Assembly: GCA_937915765.1 (NCBI GenBank) | Contig: CALGHE010000133.1 | Coordinates: forward strand, 8,387 to 72,386 | Source: an uncultured Bacteroidales bacterium | GTDB taxonomy: Bacteria; Bacteroidota; Bacteroidia; Bacteroidales; Paludibacteraceae | Length of the DNA: 64,000 nucleotides | Direction: 5' to 3' | Shown: in pieces, positions 61,171 through 64,000 of the stretch | Position numbering within the stretch: the first letter of the stretch is position 1 | Layout of the letters: every line of letters begins with the position of its first letter | The notes under the pieces: model-generated | Databases searched by the model: none | Told to the model about the DNA's origin: nothing | The model's input: the letters and a program-made list of their open reading frames with translations, nothing else | Position numbers and translations under genes: made by a program

Positions 61171-62865
61171 ATGAAACATAGAAATTCACAACCATATCTC
61201 ACTTATGCATTAAATAAAGAAGGTGATTTGGTACACATTGACAGCGTTCCAAATGGTAATGAATGTGAATGTTTTTGTCCACATTGTAAAAGTGAACTTT
61301 GTGCAAAAAACGGTGGTTCGGGTCTAAAAATGGTTCATCATTTTGCTCACATAAATGGTGCTGATTGTTTCGGTGCAGTTGAATCAGCTTTACATAAGAT
61401 GGCAAAGGATGTCATAAAAGAAACTTTAAGTTTACAGTTACCAGACAGATTAGATGGAAGCCGGGGAGAGTTATTAAAATTTGATAATATAGAAGTTGAG
61501 TATTACGACAAGGAGACTAATTTGCGCCCAGATTGTATTGGTTACTATGGAGATAAAAAGATTTGGATTGAATTTAAACGTACTCACGCTGTTGATACAA
61601 GAAAGAAAGGCAAAATTATTTCTGCCAAAATAGATTGCGTAGAGCTTGACCTAAATGTTTGCAAACTTGATCCAGATGTCGTTCGTAATTTCATAATAAA
61701 CGAAACTCAAAATCGTATCTGGATTAGAGATTGTGAATTAAAAACAAGAATGTCAGGTCGTATGCTTGGATATGGCACCTATCTTGACAGATATTCTGAT
61801 TATTATGAATATAGACACATAGAACGTGTATTCGCAAAGGATGAGAATGATATACTAGTCAACTTATTAGACGACAAAGTCGACATGAATATTCATAATT
61901 ATTATTGTTTGGCATGTGGCAAAGAACTTACTATAAATATTAATGAATTGGGAACTTATATTTTTGTACATGTTGATGAGAATGTTCATTGTAACGATGA
62001 TTTATATTTGCATGAAGCAGCAAAAGATATTCTCCATCATAAGTTCATTGCTTCAGATGATTTTAAAATTCTTGTTCCTCAATATCAAAACTGTGCAGAG
62101 AAGACATGTTGTGCTTTATTTCAATCAGAATTATGTACGACAGATAAAAGTATTACATACGATTTGAAACAACATGGCTATACAGAATGCTTGAAAGATT
62201 ACAAATTTCAAGATTTTAAATTTAAATGTGATTTAGTTATTAAAACTGCTAATAGCAATAAAAATGCCATTCTAATAAGTATTAATGCTGGTGCTTGCCA
62301 TGTTGATATAGATACTAAAGAATATAGAATCATAGATATTGAAGTGTCAAATAGTGATCAACTTTTATCTCTATTAAATGAACCGATTGGACACTTTCAT
62401 TCATCTTTTATAAATTTTAAACGTGAAAATGAAAAGACTGCTTTACGTTCGGAAATGGATAGAAAGATATTAAAGTTCTCTTTATTTTCTAGTGGTAAGT
62501 ACCGTATAGACACAGTCTCATGCGATAAGTTAAATGAGCATAAGTACAGTACTGTTTTAGAATACATTTTTATTGAAGGAGTAGATAATAAATACGATGC
62601 AAAATTGTACTCACTTTGGCGGTGTTATGAACAAAAACGAAATGTCTGCTTCTGCGAAATATGTTGGTTCATTGTTAAAACTAATGGTTTTTATGGTGTA
62701 TCGGAAACCATATGTAAACGATATAAAACAAAAGGAACCCCACATTACCCATTAGAGGTTATGCCTGTTAATTGTCCCTATTTTAAAATTAACAAAGAAA
62801 TAGAGAGTGTGTTAAAGTTAAATTATGGAAATATGGTTGTAAATGAAAATAAAATTCATGAATAA
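61171..62865 (+). CDS. Protein with two tandem CoiA-like modules (zinc-ribbon + PD-(D/E)XK nuclease fold) and a C-terminal Cys-rich region
   Basis: Module 1 has CECFCPHCKSEL..HHFAH..C..ESALHKMAK, then RPD(121)C..IWIE(134)FK(136)RTH and CVELDL. Module 2 has YYCLACGKEL..FVHVDENVHC..LHEAAK, then KCDLVI..AILISIN (ExK lost) and RIIDIEV. The C-terminus has CFCEIC..C..C. The gene starts 1 nt after the previous stop. Confidence 0.75.
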   Translation: MKHRNSQPYLTYALNKEGDLVHIDSVPNGNECECFCPHCKSELCAKNGGSGLKMVHHFAHINGADCFGAVESALHKMAKDVIKETLSLQLPDRLDGSRGELLKFDNIEVEYYDKETNLRPDCIGYYGDKKIWIEFKRTHAVDTRKKGKIISAKIDCVELDLNVCKLDPDVVRNFIINETQNRIWIRDCELKTRMSGRMLGYGTYLDRYSDYYEYRHIERVFAKDENDILVNLLDDKVDMNIHNYYCLACGKELTININELGTYIFVHVDENVHCNDDLYLHEAAKDILHHKFIASDDFKILVPQYQNCAEKTCCALFQSELCTTDKSITYDLKQHGYTECLKDYKFQDFKFKCDLVIKTANSNKNAILISINAGACHVDIDTKEYRIIDIEVSNSDQLLSLLNEPIGHFHSSFINFKRENEKTALRSEMDRKILKFSLFSSGKYRIDTVSCDKLNEHKYSTVLEYIFIEGVDNKYDAKLYSLWRCYEQKRNVCFCEICWFIVKTNGFYGVSETICKRYKTKGTPHYPLEVMPVNCPYFKINKEIESVLKLNYGNMVVNENKIHE

Positions 62866-63167
62866 CTTAATTGATCTTTCATTCCATAAAAATAATTAGT
62901 GTATGTAAGATAAACGAGTCAAGAAACAAAAGCATGATTTAATTCAAGTTAAATATATTATATAAACAATTTAATATATTTGTATTAAAACATCAAAAAA
63001 AGACGTTAAGCAGTTGAATTAATAATAAGTACGTTGAAACTTCGAAGTCTTAGGAGTTTTAGGTGGGAATGCTTATGCCTTTATTAGGGGTTAAGTGGAG
63101 AAGCCGTGCAATCTGAAAATTTGACATTCTAAAGATTGAGCTTTTTGATTCTGATGCAATAATTAAA

Positions 63168-63195
63168 CCTCAGCCATAATGAGTTGTGGCTGAGG
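63168..63195 (-). terminator. Hairpin downstream of the MFS gene (could act on either strand)
   Basis: cctcagcca (63168-63176) pairs with tggctgagg (63187-63195), a perfect 9-bp stem with a 10-nt loop. T-rich sequence lies on both sides. Confidence 0.5.
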
Positions 63196-63219
63196 TGGTT
63201 ATGTGTTTTGTTTTATCTC

Positions 63220-64000
63220 TCACTTCCCCTTCTTCCAAAGCACGCAGGAGAGGGTGAAGAGGATTGCGGAGAGGACGAAGATGTAGATGAACGAGACGTG
63301 CATGTTGTATTTCTCCGCTATCATGCCTATCACGAACGGTCCGAACAGAAAGCCGGTGCCGCTGATTGTGTTCACCATCGCTATGCCGGTGCCCGGACTT
63401 ACGTCTTTGCGGTTGCCTGCCAGACTGTAGATTATCGGCACAAGACACGATAGCCCAAGCCCTGAAATGAACAGACCTGTGACGGCAAAGTAGATGTCGG
63501 TCTTCATAATCATCACGCCCAGTCCCAACATGGCAAGAAAACTGCATCCTAAAAGGATTGTCGGCTCGCTGAACCGCTTGCGTATGGAGTCGCCGAAGAA
63601 TCGCCCGAAGGCAATGAACGACGCGTATATCAGAAGCCCAACCGGAGCGATGTTCTCTTCCAGCGAAACAATCTCTTTCATGTAAACCGTGCTCCAGTCA
63701 GACACGCTGCCCTCTATGATTCGTCCGCACAAAGCGATGAACGCGATAAGCAGCAAAACGCCTTTGGGCAGCAGCAGCTTGAATCCTTGCGGAACGTTTT
63801 TCTTGGACGGTGTTTCTTTGAGAAAGTAAGTGCGCACGATGTAGAACTGAATCAGCGAGATGGCAGACACCATTATGAAGTGAGCCGCCACGTTTACGTT
63901 GAGGGTCAGGCAGGCAATGCTTAGGATTGCGCCAGCGCCTACGCCTACGTAAAACAGCGCGTGGAACAGTCCGATGATGGGACGCTTGTATGCCTTTTCC
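63220..64000 (-). CDS. MFS-type transporter, N-terminal part lies beyond the window edge
   Basis: The minus-strand frame stays open from the stop at 63220-63222 to nt 64000. I hand-translated upstream of the GTG at 63891 and got ..KAYKRPIIGLFHALFYVGVGAGAILSIACLTLNVN.. The protein is a run of hydrophobic helices typical of MFS carriers. Confidence 0.75.
   Translation of the reverse strand, partial: EKAYKRPIIGLFHALFYVGVGAGAILSIACLTLNVNVAAHFIMVSAISLIQFYIVRTYFLKETPSKKNVPQGFKLLLPKGVLLLIAFIALCGRIIEGSVSDWSTVYMKEIVSLEENIAPVGLLIYASFIAFGRFFGDSIRKRFSEPTILLGCSFLAMLGLGVMIMKTDIYFAVTGLFISGLGLSCLVPIIYSLAGNRKDVSPGTGIAMVNTISGTGFLFGPFVIGMIAEKYNMHVSFIYIFVLSAILFTLSCVLWKKGK

Noticed and set aside
63170-63685. ORFs at 63170-63547 (minus), 63184-63453 (plus) and 63494-63685 (plus) overlapping the MFS gene.
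   Set aside because: These are alternative frames of a GC-rich membrane-protein gene. Only the 63220-64000 minus frame gives continuous hydrophobic helices and stays open to the window edge.
1-64000. Visual search for tRNA, rRNA, tmRNA, CRISPR arrays, integrases, transposases and toxin-antitoxin pairs.
   Set aside because: I noticed no T-loop GGTTCGAATCC-like tRNA signature, no regularly spaced repeat array, and no recombinase-like ORF. This was a visual scan only, so small RNAs could have been missed. tRNAscan-SE/Infernal would be decisive.

Overview
This is a 64-kb chromosomal window from a Bacteroidota-type genome. The evidence is a gldE-gldD pair, T9SS type A and type B C-terminal sorting domains, a hybrid two-component regulator, and TAnnTTTG -7 promoter boxes a short distance upstream of many start codons. 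I call 32 CDS. By eye I found no rRNA, tRNA, CRISPR array, integrase or transposase.

About 40% of the window encodes four giant exported or surface proteins:
- Two tandem paralogs with T9SS type B sorting domains (2-4879, 5'-truncated; 6252-13547, with an RCC1-repeat head).
- A 2362-aa HYR-repeat protein (22445-29533).
- A 1571-aa protein with two tandem beta-helix modules (51684-56399).

Housekeeping genes lie between them: cysE, birA, gldE, gldD, prs, mutS, mnmG, tsaC-like, HU and RNase G. There is also a GH5 / hybrid sensor / CotH cluster.

The strongest candidate for an undescribed system is a markedly AT-rich, tightly coupled three-gene operon at 59230-62865. It encodes an HNH nuclease with an unknown N-terminal domain, a SAM-methyltransferase::HIT fusion, and a protein with tandem CoiA-like zinc-ribbon/PD-(D/E)XK modules. 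It is flanked by long non-coding AT-rich DNA between rng and an MFS transporter gene. I read it as a candidate defence or restriction-modification-like island.

Other observations:
- An abruptly GC-rich Rpn-family PD-(D/E)XK gene sits between the two adhesin paralogs.
- A dispersed, orientation-biased intergenic motif (AATTTATAGAA..CCTTA) occurs in 8 copies.
- Two roughly 220-bp non-coding segments are bounded by that motif.
- An unannotated 29-aa ultra-basic peptide gene lies between HU and RNase G.

All family assignments come from motif reading and memory, not database searches.
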